Assembly (NCBI GenBank): GCA_903855705.1 | Contig: CAINZT010000103.1 | Location: 1,105 to 65,104 of the forward strand | Source: an uncultured Synechococcus sp. | GTDB lineage: Bacteria; Cyanobacteriota; Cyanobacteriia; PCC-6307; Cyanobiaceae | Length of the DNA stretch: 64,000 nt | Reading direction: 5' to 3' | Shown: positions 40,080 to 50,400 of the stretch, in pieces | Position numbering within the stretch: the stretch's first letter is position 1 | Layout: every line of letters starts with the position of its first letter | Notes under the pieces: model-generated | Told to the model about the DNA's origin: nothing | Databases searched by the model: none | What the model saw: the letters and a program-made list of their open reading frames with translations, nothing else | Made by a program: the position numbers and the translations under genes

Positions 40080-40150
40080 ATCCTGCCCTGAACGTGAGGG
40101 TTTGAATCCTTGGGTGCTGGCCTGAAGGCTGGGGAAAGGGCTTCCACGGC

Positions 40151-41611
40151 TCAGCCCCGCAGCCAATCGGTCAGGCCTCCTGGCTTATCGATGAGTTCGA
40201 TCCCCTGATCCAGCAGGTTGGCGCGGATTCGATCGGCTTCGCCATAGTTTTTGGCCGCCTTCGCCGCCTGGCGCTCTGCAATCGCTGCGGCGATCTCTGC
40301 CTCGCTGGGCCCGCCAATGGCCGCCCCCCCAGGGCGGGACTCCCCTTCTGGTTTGAGGCCCAGGACGCCGGCCAACTCCAGCACCAGTTGGGACTCTGCG
40401 TGCAAGGCCAACGCCTCAGCGGCGGCATGGGCATCACCCCGCTCGCTGCGATTCGCAAGAGATCGCAGGGGTTTGGCGAGTTCAAACAGCACGGCCAAGG
40501 CCGCGGAGGTGTTGAGGTCATCGTCCATGGCCGCGCTGAAGCGCAGACGCCCTTCCGACAGCAGGTCGCTCGCCTGGGCTTCGGTAGCAGGGCCCCAATC
40601 TCCAGACCCCACCTGGGCAGCCAATTGCAAGGCAGCATTGAGGCCTTTCCAGCCCGTGGCAGCAGCGGCCAAAGCCTCAGTGGTGAAGTCGAGCGGTTTG
40701 CGGTAATGGGCCTGGAGAACGAACAGTCGCAGGGTCATCGCCGAGGTACCGCTCTCAAGCAGGGCACGGATCGTGGTGAAGTTGCCCAAGGATTTGGACA
40801 TCTTTTCGCCGCCCACATTGACCATGCCGTTATGGAGCCACCAGCGGGCCAGTTGCTGACCCGTTGCGGCTTCCGACTGGGCGATCTCATTTTCATGGTG
40901 GGGGAAGATCAGATCGGCGCCGCCCAGGTGAATGTCGATCGTGGTGCCTAGTTCCTGACGCACCATCGCCGAGCATTCGATATGCCAGCCCGGCCGACCC
41001 GGTCCCCAAGGGGAGGGGAAACTGGGCTCACCCGGTTTGGCCCCCTTCCAGAGGGCGAAATCAAAGGGGTGGTGCTTGCGGGCTTCCTCACTACCCGACA
41101 CACGCCCGTCGGCGTTCTGCTGTTGCTCCGAGAGATCCCGGCCCGAGAGTTTGCCGTAGCCGGCGTGTTTCATCACGGCGAAATAAACATCGCCATCGGC
41201 GCCATAGGCCGCTCCTTTGGCTTGGAGTTCGCCAATCAACTCGCGGATCGCATCGAGGCTCTGGGTGGCCCGGGGCATGCGGTCCGCCGGCAGGATGTTG
41301 AGGGCAGCCATGTCCGCCACGAAGGCGTCAATATTGCGTTCACTGACCAGCTCCATCGAACTGCCTTCCTCGGCGGCCCGTTTGAGGATCTTGTCGTCGA
41401 TGTCGGTGTAGTTCTGCACGAACGTGACCTGGTAGCCGCTCCAGAGCAGGTAGCGACGCAGCACGTCCCAGGCGATGTAACTGCGGGCGTGGCCTAGGTG
41501 GCAGAGGTCGTAAACCGTGACCCCACAGCAATACATCGACACCTGGCCGGGCTGTAGCGGCTCAAACGGTTCGGTGCGGCGGGTGAGCGAGTTGGTAAGC
41601 CGCAGGGTCAC
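40151..41611 (-). CDS. cysS: Cysteine--tRNA ligase
   Basis: [47 protein letters not shown]. Confidence 0.98.
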   Translation of the reverse strand: MTLRLTNSLTRRTEPFEPLQPGQVSMYCCGVTVYDLCHLGHARSYIAWDVLRRYLLWSGYQVTFVQNYTDIDDKILKRAAEEGSSMELVSERNIDAFVADMAALNILPADRMPRATQSLDAIRELIGELQAKGAAYGADGDVYFAVMKHAGYGKLSGRDLSEQQQNADGRVSGSEEARKHHPFDFALWKGAKPGEPSFPSPWGPGRPGWHIECSAMVRQELGTTIDIHLGGADLIFPHHENEIAQSEAATGQQLARWWLHNGMVNVGGEKMSKSLGNFTTIRALLESGTSAMTLRLFVLQAHYRKPLDFTTEALAAAATGWKGLNAALQLAAQVGSGDWGPATEAQASDLLSEGRLRFSAAMDDDLNTSAALAVLFELAKPLRSLANRSERGDAHAAAEALALHAESQLVLELAGVLGLKPEGESRPGGAAIGGPSEAEIAAAIAERQAAKAAKNYGEADRIRANLLDQGIELIDKPGGLTDWLRG

Positions 41612-41658
41612 TGGCGTCAGATCAAGGGCTAGGACGGCTGGACCGTAAGGCCCATCCC

Positions 41659-43083
41659 ATGGTCGCCCCCCGCGGCACCCCGCCCCTGGCTGGCCCCGCC
41701 AGCGACGCCCCATCCGCGGATCCGGAAGGGAATCCCAGCTGGCAAGCCGAGCGGGCGGGCGCAGCGTTCTGGTGGCTCTGGGGCGGGCAGCTGGTCTCCA
41801 ACCTGGGCACCCAGGTGAGCCTCTATGGGGTGGGGCTGTGGTTGTTTCAGCTCCAGCAGCACCTGCTCGATTTCGCCGCCGTGGCGATTGTTGTTCAGTT
41901 GGCCAAGATCCTGGCGCTGCCGCTCGTCGGCCCCCGCTTGCAGCGCTGGCGACGGCGGCGAGTGATGGTAGTGGCGAATGGCCTTGGTGCCCTAGGCACC
42001 CTGGCGCTAGCGGGTCTGCTGCTGGCGACGGGCCCGGGAGCGAGCCGGCCTGCCCTGGCGGTGCTGCTGCCCTTGCAAGGCTTAGCGGCAGGGGCTGAGG
42101 CCACCTTGGTGCTCTGTTTTGCGAGCCTGATCCCCCTGCTGGTGCCGGCTCGAGCGGCGCGCCACCAGGCCAATGGCCTGTTTGCCAGCAGCGATGGGCT
42201 GGTGTTGATCGCGGCGCCGTTTCTGGGGGCCTGGCTTGTGGGGATCACAGGCCTGCGGGGCGTGCTGGTGCTCGATGGCATGAGTTTTGGCCTGGCCATG
42301 GCCTGCGTGCTCTTAGCCCCCTGGCCCCAGGCAGCCCTGGGGCCGGCCTCGGCGCCAGGGCTGCGTGAAGATCCCTCCCCCGAACCGTCTTGGGCCCAGG
42401 CGCCGATCCGCTTTGGCCGCGATCTGGCCGGCCTGTGGCGCGACGGGGCCCTACGCCGACTGGCCCTCCTCGGTACGGCGATGGCCTTTGTCTATGGCGC
42501 CACCGAAGTGCTGTTCCCCGCCTGGGTGATCACGGCCCTAGGCCATGGGCGCCTCGGCGGTTCCCTGGTGGTGGGGGGCCTGGCCTATGGCCTGGGGCTG
42601 CGCCTCTGGCTGGCCCTACCCCCCAGGGTCTGGGGGCCAACCCTGGCCAATTTGCTGGTGATCCAGAGCCTGGCCTTGATGGGGGCGGGACTGGTGGTAT
42701 TTGAAGGCCTGATCCCCCTCTGGTACGGAGGTCTGGGATGCTTCACCCTGGCCTTGCCGGTGTGTTTGGCGATCGTGCAGAGCCGCTGGCTGCAACTGGT
42801 GCCGGTGGGTGAACTGCCGCGGCTGCTGGCTGTGCGCTATGCCCTGGAATGGCTAGCCCGGCTGGCGGCCTTCAGTAGCAGCGCCCTCGTGGTGGATCGG
42901 CTGCTGCGGCCCGCCCTGGCCTGGCCCCATTGGCCCAGCTGGCTGCCGGATGCCCTGGGCACCGGACCGGGCCGGCCCATGGCCGTGGCCCTGGGGGGCC
43001 TGGGCTGGGTGCTGCTGCTGACCTTGGTCAGCCAAACGATCCGGCCGCCTGATCTGGGATGGCAGGGCCGGGACACCCCTTGA
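41659..43083 (+). CDS. MFS transporter
   Basis: [15 protein letters not shown]...RRRVMVVAN; about 12 hydrophobic segments. Confidence 0.85.
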   Translation: MVAPRGTPPLAGPASDAPSADPEGNPSWQAERAGAAFWWLWGGQLVSNLGTQVSLYGVGLWLFQLQQHLLDFAAVAIVVQLAKILALPLVGPRLQRWRRRRVMVVANGLGALGTLALAGLLLATGPGASRPALAVLLPLQGLAAGAEATLVLCFASLIPLLVPARAARHQANGLFASSDGLVLIAAPFLGAWLVGITGLRGVLVLDGMSFGLAMACVLLAPWPQAALGPASAPGLREDPSPEPSWAQAPIRFGRDLAGLWRDGALRRLALLGTAMAFVYGATEVLFPAWVITALGHGRLGGSLVVGGLAYGLGLRLWLALPPRVWGPTLANLLVIQSLALMGAGLVVFEGLIPLWYGGLGCFTLALPVCLAIVQSRWLQLVPVGELPRLLAVRYALEWLARLAAFSSSALVVDRLLRPALAWPHWPSWLPDALGTGPGRPMAVALGGLGWVLLLTLVSQTIRPPDLGWQGRDTP

Positions 43084-43141
43084 TCGGCAGGCTCCCGGTT
43101 AGGCAGGCCTGGGACCTTGCCGCGAATGGGACCATGGCCCG

Positions 43142-44308
43142 ATGCGGGTATTGATCTTCACCTCCAGTGGTGGCACCGCCCACGACGCCGCCGCCGAGGC
43201 CCTACGCGATTGGCTGCGCCAGTGGGATCCCGGCGGCGAGGTGTGGATCGAGCAGGTCCTGGAGAACGCCAGCGGCCCCTATCGGAGCGGGGTGGGCTTC
43301 TACAACTGGATCCAGAAGTACGCCCCCTGGATCCATCAGGCCTACTGGTGCCTGATGGAGTTCGAGGACCTCATCAAACCCGGCACTCTCCTGTTCGGCC
43401 GCCGCTATGTGGGCGATCTGCTGCGCCGATTCAAACCAGATCTGATCATTTCCACCCACCCCCACACCAACCGGGGCCACTTTCCTTTCGCCAAGCGCCT
43501 GCTGGGCCCCCAGCTGCGCTGCCTCACCTGCTGCACCGAACTCGCTGGCGGCTTCGGCTTCAGCCGCAACTGGATCAGCTCCCGCGCCGATGCCATCTGG
43601 GTCCAGACCCCCGAAGTTGCCGAAGAACTCCGGCGGCGGCGCTATCCCGCCGAGCGCATCGCCCTGCTGGGTCCCCTGCTGTATCCCGCTTACCACCGCC
43701 CGGTCCCCGCAATCCAGACGCCTGGAACGGGCCCCGAAGCCATTGCCTCTGCCAGGCCTGGGGCTGACGATCCCGACGCAAACAATGGGCTGCCGCTCTT
43801 GGTATTGGGAGCCGGCGCCAATGGGGCCAATAACCATTGCCGGCTGCTGGAGGCCCTCCGGCCCTTCGCCGGCCGATTGGCAGTGGTGGCCCTGACGGGA
43901 CGGCGCCAGGCGGCTTTTGACCAGGTGCAGGCCTGGGCGGCGGCCCATCCGGACCTGGCGGTGCGGGCCCTCGGCTTCCAAGGACCAGAGCAGATGGCGG
44001 CCCTCTATCGCAGGGCCTGGGCCATGGTGGCCCGGCCAGGAGCTCGCACGGCCACCGAAGCCTTGGTATTGGGCTGCCCGCTTGTCTTCAACAGCTTCGG
44101 CACAACCATGCCCCAGGAATGGCTGGCCCGCCGCTATTTCCGCCGGCGCGGCCTGGAGCGCACGATCCATCGGCCTGGGCAGCTGGCGGCCTTGGTGGGC
44201 GATTGGCTGGATCAGCCCGAGAGCTATAGACGCTGGCAGCGTCTCTGCGAAAAGCAGCTGCTCAAGTCTGATCCAATGGTGGTCTGGCAGTTGATCCGGG
44301 GGAACTGA
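43142..44308 (+). CDS. MGDG-synthase/UgtP-like glycosyltransferase (GT28-like, GT-B)
   Basis: ILTSSGGTAH..AA-like start, PDLIISTHP, LVLGAGANG, ARPGARTATEAL..G.P, PQE. Confidence 0.82.
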   Translation: MRVLIFTSSGGTAHDAAAEALRDWLRQWDPGGEVWIEQVLENASGPYRSGVGFYNWIQKYAPWIHQAYWCLMEFEDLIKPGTLLFGRRYVGDLLRRFKPDLIISTHPHTNRGHFPFAKRLLGPQLRCLTCCTELAGGFGFSRNWISSRADAIWVQTPEVAEELRRRRYPAERIALLGPLLYPAYHRPVPAIQTPGTGPEAIASARPGADDPDANNGLPLLVLGAGANGANNHCRLLEALRPFAGRLAVVALTGRRQAAFDQVQAWAAAHPDLAVRALGFQGPEQMAALYRRAWAMVARPGARTATEALVLGCPLVFNSFGTTMPQEWLARRYFRRRGLERTIHRPGQLAALVGDWLDQPESYRRWQRLCEKQLLKSDPMVVWQLIRGN

Positions 44309-44414
44309 GCTGTTATTCGGTAGGCTCAGCTAGCACCGGAGGCGCCAAAAGCGTGATCCTGCAAGGACTTGCAGTTTCCTCAATCCAGCTGAAGACCGCC
44401 CATCAACCGCCGCG

Positions 44415-47400
44415 TTGCCTCCGCCGATCGTCCCTTCGTTGACCTCCTTGCCGTCAGTCCCAAGCCCCGAACCCATTGCGATTGTGGGGATGGGTTGTCG
44501 GCTTCCTGGTGGCATTGGCTCGCCCGAGGCCTTCTGGGAGTTTCTGCGCGATGGGCGCGATGGGATTACGGACGTTCCCGCCAGCCGTTGGGACCTGGGC
44601 CAGCATTTCGATCCCGATCCGCTCAAGCCCCTCAGCCAGCACGTGAGGCGCGGCGGCTTCATTGAAAATATTGACCAGTTTGACGCGGCCTTCTTCGGCA
44701 TCTCGCCGCGGGAAGCCCTCTGCATGGATCCCCAACAGCGCCTGCTGCTGGAGGTGTCCTGGCGCGCCCTGGAGCACGGCGGCCAACCGTTGGAGCGCCT
44801 GCGCGGCCAGCCGGTGGGGGTGTTCATCGGCATCTCCAGCCTCGATTACAGCTCCCTGCTCTGGGCTTCGAGTGAGCACTACGCCACCCCGGATAACGAG
44901 CCGTTCGTGCTGCCGGGCAATACGGGCTGCATTGCCGCCAATCGGATTTCCTACTTCCTCGATCTGAAGGGCCCCAGCTTCACGGTCGACACCGCCTGCT
45001 CCTCCTCACTAGTGGCCGTGCATCTGGCCTGCGAAAGCCTCTGGCGCGGTGAATCCACGGCGGCCCTAGCCGGAGGGGTGCAGGCCCTGATCCATCCGGG
45101 CATCCAAATGAGCTTCTGCAAGGCGGGGCTGCTGGCGCCCGACGGCCGTTGCAAGAGTTTCGATGCCAGCGCCGATGGCTACGTGCGCTCGGAAGGGGCG
45201 GGGGTGGTGCTGCTCAAACCCCTCTCAGAAGCCCGACGCTGCGGCGATCCGATCGTGGCCCTGATCCAGGGCACGGCTGTCAATTCCGACGGCCGCAGCA
45301 ATGGCATGGCCGCCCCCAACCTCAAGGCCCAAATGGCCTGCGTGCGCCAGGCCTTTGCCCGCTCCGGCCTGGAACCGGCCGCCACCCAATACGTAGAAGC
45401 CCATGGCACGGGCACGCGCCAGGGGGATCCGATCGAACTGCGGGCCCTCGGCACGGTGCTGGGCGAAGGACGCCCAAGCGACCAGCCCTGCCGGGTGGGA
45501 TCGGTCAAAACGAACCTGGGCCACGGCGAAACCGCTGCCGGGATCACCGGGTTGATCAAGGCGGCCCTGTGCATCCAGCACCGCCAGATCCCGGCCAGCC
45601 TGCACTTCCGCACGCCCAATCCGGCGATTGATTTCGCCGGGCTGAAACTCCAGGTGCAAACCGCCCTGGAACCCTTCCCAGCCCCGGACCAGCCGGCGGT
45701 GGTGGGGGTGAGTTCCTTTGGCTTTGGCGGCACCAATGCCCATGCGGTGCTGGCCGAGGCGCCGCCGCCGGAAACCGGGTCTCTAGGCGGTCCGCCCCTT
45801 CCCCTCCAGGTATTGACCCTGTCGGCCCGCACCAGCCCAGCCCTACGGGCCACGGCTCGCCGCTACCTGGACTTGCTGCGCCAACGGCCATCCCTGGCCC
45901 TGGCCGATCTCTGCGCCAGCGCCAACCAACAGCGCACCGCCTTCCAGCAGCGCCTGGTCTGTCTGGCCCAAGATCGCACCGATCTGGAACGCCAGCTTGA
46001 GGCCTTTGCCGAGGGCAAGGCCACGGCGACGGAAAACGCCTTAGCGCCGAAAACCACCACGACGCCTGAAGTCGCCCAATCCCCCCTGGTGGCCGTGGCC
46101 GGGCGCCGGCCGGGGAAGGTCGCCTTTCTGATCAGCGGCCAAGGCTCCCAGGAGCTGGCCATGGCCCGGGAGCTCTATGGCCGCCATCCGGTGTTCCGGG
46201 AGGCCTTCGATCGGGCCGCAGCCTTGGCAGACCCCAGCCTGGAGCTGCCCCTGAAGCGGGTGCTGCTGCCGGACCCTGGAGAAGAGCAGCAGGCGGCCCT
46301 GGCCCTGCAGCAAACCGCCATCGCCCAACCAGCCCATTTTGTGGTCGGCTACGCCCTCAGCCAACTCTGGGCCAGCTGGGGGGTGCAGCCAGACCTGCTG
46401 CTCGGCCATGGCGCCGGCGAAGTGTTGGCAGCCCATCTGGCCGGGGTGTTCGACCTGGCCGATGGGATTCGGCTGATCACGGCCCGGGGCCAACTGATGC
46501 AGGCCCTGCCGGCCGACGGGGGCATGGACCCCATGCTGGCTGCCTTTGGCCAGCTCCTGGCCCAACTGAACTTCTCCAAGCCAACTCGGGCCCTGGTTAG
46601 CAGCATCAGCGGTGAGCTGGCTGGAGCAGAACTCACCCAGCCGACCTATTGGTGTGACCAGCTGCTCATGCCGCTGCGATCCGCCAAGGGGGTGGAGACC
46701 CTCAGAGCCCAGGGGGCCAATCTCTTTGTCGATCTGGGGGCCGGGCCCAGCCTGATGGACCTGGCCCGGCAGACCCTGGCCGGCGATCCCGTCCCAGGCC
46801 AGGCCGCCCTTGCACAGGACTCGCTGTTTCTACCCTCCCTGGTGCCTGGCCCAGCCGATTGGAACGTGATCCTGGGCAGCCTGGCCCAGCTGCATCTGCG
46901 CGGCCTGGCGGTTGATTGGCGCGGTTTCCATGCCCCCTTTGCCCAGCGCCGCGTGGCCCTACCGGGCTACCCCTTCGAGCGCCAGCGCCATTGGTGGCCG
47001 GCCAGCCCAGGACCACTCCCCGGCGCCCACCGCTGGCTCGACCACCTGGGCCTGGCCAGCGTTGATCAGGCCCTAGGCGAGCCAGCGACCACGAGCAACG
47101 CCTCCCTTCCACCTTCCCAGCAACAGTCCCTCGGCCTGATCCCGGGAGGAGCCCCCGGCCCTAGCCAAAAAGCGAGCAGCAACGGATGGGCTGGCGTTCA
47201 AAGCCAGGATTTTGCAAGATCAGCATCAACGCAATTAAGCCCCAATGGATGGGCTCACTCCAGCCCGGTAGCGGCTACTAGCCGCACTCCCCAACGGCTG
47301 GATCTGCCCCCGGGCCGGGTCCATTACCAGGTCACCCTCGACCCCAGCCAGCAGGCCGATCTGGCCGACCACGCCATCCGCGACCAGCCCGTCTTTCCGG

Positions 47401-50400
47401 CGGCCGGGTTCCTGGTGCTGGCGGCCCAGGTGGCGGCCGAGGAGGGGCTGGCCCTGAGCTTTGGTCCCCTCAGCCTGGAGCGCCCCCTGCGCCTGGGCGA
47501 TGGCCCCAGGCAGCTGCAATTGGTGCTGGAGGAAGGATCCATCGCCTTCCATAGCCTTAATCCCGCCGAGCGGGCTGGCGGCTGGAGCAGCCATGGCCGC
47601 CTGGGCCTGACCCATGCCCCTGGCCCGATCAGCCCTAGCTCGGCTGGACTGGCCCCGGAAAGCGCCCCCTTCGCCCCAGGTTTGGCCCCAGAGGGCGCCG
47701 AAACCCTTGATACCGCTGGCTTCTACGCAGCCCTAGGCCGCTGCGGCCTGAACTATGGCCCCCGCTTTCGGGGCCTCAAGACGGTGAAACGCCAGGACGG
47801 CCGGGCCTGGGCTGAGCTGGTGCGCCCCGCCGCTGGCGGGGCCGAAGGCCTGCTGGACAGCTGCTTCCAACTGGTGGCCGCCAGCCTGGATCCGGAGGCC
47901 GCCGGCGGCCAGCTGTTCCTGCCCGTGGGCCTGGAGGCCCTGGCCCTGGCGACAGCGGAATGGCCCGAGCGGTTGAGCTGCGAGGTGCGGTTGCAAACCA
48001 ACCCGGAGCCGGCCCAGGTGCAGGCCGACCTGATCTGGCATGCCAACGGACAACTGCTGGGTTGGATTCGGGGCTTCCGCCTGCGCCGCCTGCCGCGCCA
48101 GGCGGTGGACTGGATGTTCCCAGCAGCCCAGCTGCCACCCCCAGAGCCGGCGCTCGATCCGGCCAGCTGGCTGATCCAAAGCCACTGGGAACCGCTTGCT
48201 AAGGATCCGGCCCAAGCCGTTGAAGTCCCCCAGTCGCCTTCAGCCCTAACCCGAGATCTGCCGTTGCTGGATCGGCCCCTGCTGATCGGTGCTGGCAACC
48301 AACAGGCCCAAGCCTTTGGGTCCTGGGCCAGCGCCCAGGGCCAACCGCCCTGGCGCCTTGGCTTTGGCGACCCCCTTCCCGTCGGCAACGGCCCTGTGCT
48401 GGTCTGGCCAGATCCGAACAGAGCCGAGCCCCAGACCTTGGCCACCCAGCTGCTGGCCCTAGTGCAGCAGCTCCAGTCCCCCGGGCCCCAGGCGCCGGCG
48501 GACTCCAACACCGCGCTTCCAGAGCAGGCAACTGGCCTTAGCACCTCAGGCCACCGGCAGCCCCGGCCCCTCTGGCTAGTGCTGGAGGGCGACGGCCCCT
48601 GGACCGGGGTGCTGGCGGGCTTTGCCCAAACGGCCGCCCTGGAAACCCCCCAGCTGGCCTGGACCCACCTGCAGCTCCCCGCCGATCCCCAGCAGCAGCC
48701 CCAGTCCAGGGACTGGGACCAGCTCTGGGCCCTGGCAACCACCGAAGCGAGCTTGCTCTGGCGTTCGGGCCAAATCCATGGGCAACGGCTGAAACGGCTG
48801 GCCCCTGAACGGTTCCGCTTCGTTAGTGAGGACCCCGGCCGCCTCGAAGCCCTAGTGCGCCAGCCCCTAGCGCCAACCACCCTGGTGAATGGCGAGCTGG
48901 AGCTGGCCGTGGAGGCCACCGGCCTGAATTTCCGCGACGTGCTCAATGCCCTGGGCCTGCTGGCGGCCTACGGGGAGGAGCTGGGCCTGGCCGAGGGCGC
49001 CCAGGTGCCCTTTGGCGGCGAGTGCGTGGGCCGGGTGGTGGCGGTGGGTCCCGGCGTGGATCCGGCCCTGGTCGGCCAGCGGGTGTTGGCGGCCCTGGCC
49101 GTGGGCAGCCTGGCCAGCCATGTCAGCTGCCGCTCCGAACTCTGCATCCCCCTACCAACCGGGCTCGATAGCGAAACGGGCGCCAGCCTCAGCACCGTGT
49201 TCCTCACGGCCCTTTACGGGCTGGTGCAGCTGGCCCGGCTCCAGCCGGGGGAAACGGTGTTGATCCATGCGGGCGCCGGCGGCGTCGGCCAGGCCGCCCT
49301 GCAGGTGGCCCGCCACTGCGGTGCCCGCATCCTGGCCACCGCCAGTGCGCCCAAACAACAGGGCCTCCTGGACCAGGGGGTGGAGGCCGTCTTCGACTCC
49401 CGCAGCCTGGCCTTTGCCGAGCAGGTGCGCTCCCATACCGGCGGCAAGGGCGTCGATGTGGTGCTCAACAGCCTCAAGGGGGACTGGGTCGATGCCAGCT
49501 TCCAGGCCCTAGCTCCAGGCGGGCGCTTCATCGAACTGGGCAAAATTGAGATCTGGAGCCGGACCCAAGCCCAGGAGCGCCGCCCCGATGCGGCCTACCT
49601 GCCCTTCGACCTGCTGGAGGTGGCCGCCGCCGAGCCCCAGCTGGTGCGCCAGCTGCTCCTCGACTTTTTGGCCGACCTGGAGCAGGGCACCTACCAGCCC
49701 ATTCCGATTGAGGTGTATCCGATCTCGGCGGTGCCGGAGGCCTTCCGGCTCCTGGCCCAGGCCCGGCACCGGGGCAAGGTAGTCGTGCGCCAGGACGAGC
49801 GGTCCGCGCCCCTGACGATTGGGTCCCAGGCCACATACCTGATCACGGGCGCCCTGGGAGGCATCGGCCTGCGGCTGATCGACTGGCTGGCCCAACGGGG
49901 AGCCACCTCCCTGCTGCTCGTCAGCCGCTCGGCTGGGGCACCCGCGCCGGAGGTCCAGCACCGGCTTCAGGAGCTGGAGGCCCGGGGCGTCCGCTGCAGC
50001 CTGGTGGCCCTCGATCTGGCCGCCGGCCCAGGCACAGCATCCACCTCCGTCCTGGCCGATGCGATCCGGGCCTTGCCATCCGAGCAGCCCTTACGCGGCC
50101 TATTCCATGCCGCTGGCGTGCTGGACGACGGCCTGGTCGGCGGCCTTACGCCCGAGCGGCTGGCGGCCGTGCTGGCGCCCAAGTTGGCCGGCTGGCAACT
50201 GGTGGAGGCCGCCATTGCCGAAGCGAAAGGGTCCGATGGTCTGGCCTTTTCCATCGCCTTTTCATCGCTGGCATCCTTGCTGGGATCACCCGGTCAGGCC
50301 GCCTATGGGGCCGCCAACGGGGGCCTCGATGCCCTCTGCCGCCAGGAGTTCGCTGATAGGGATGCCCTTGATGGGGAGGCCGCTTGTGGGGAGGCTGCTT

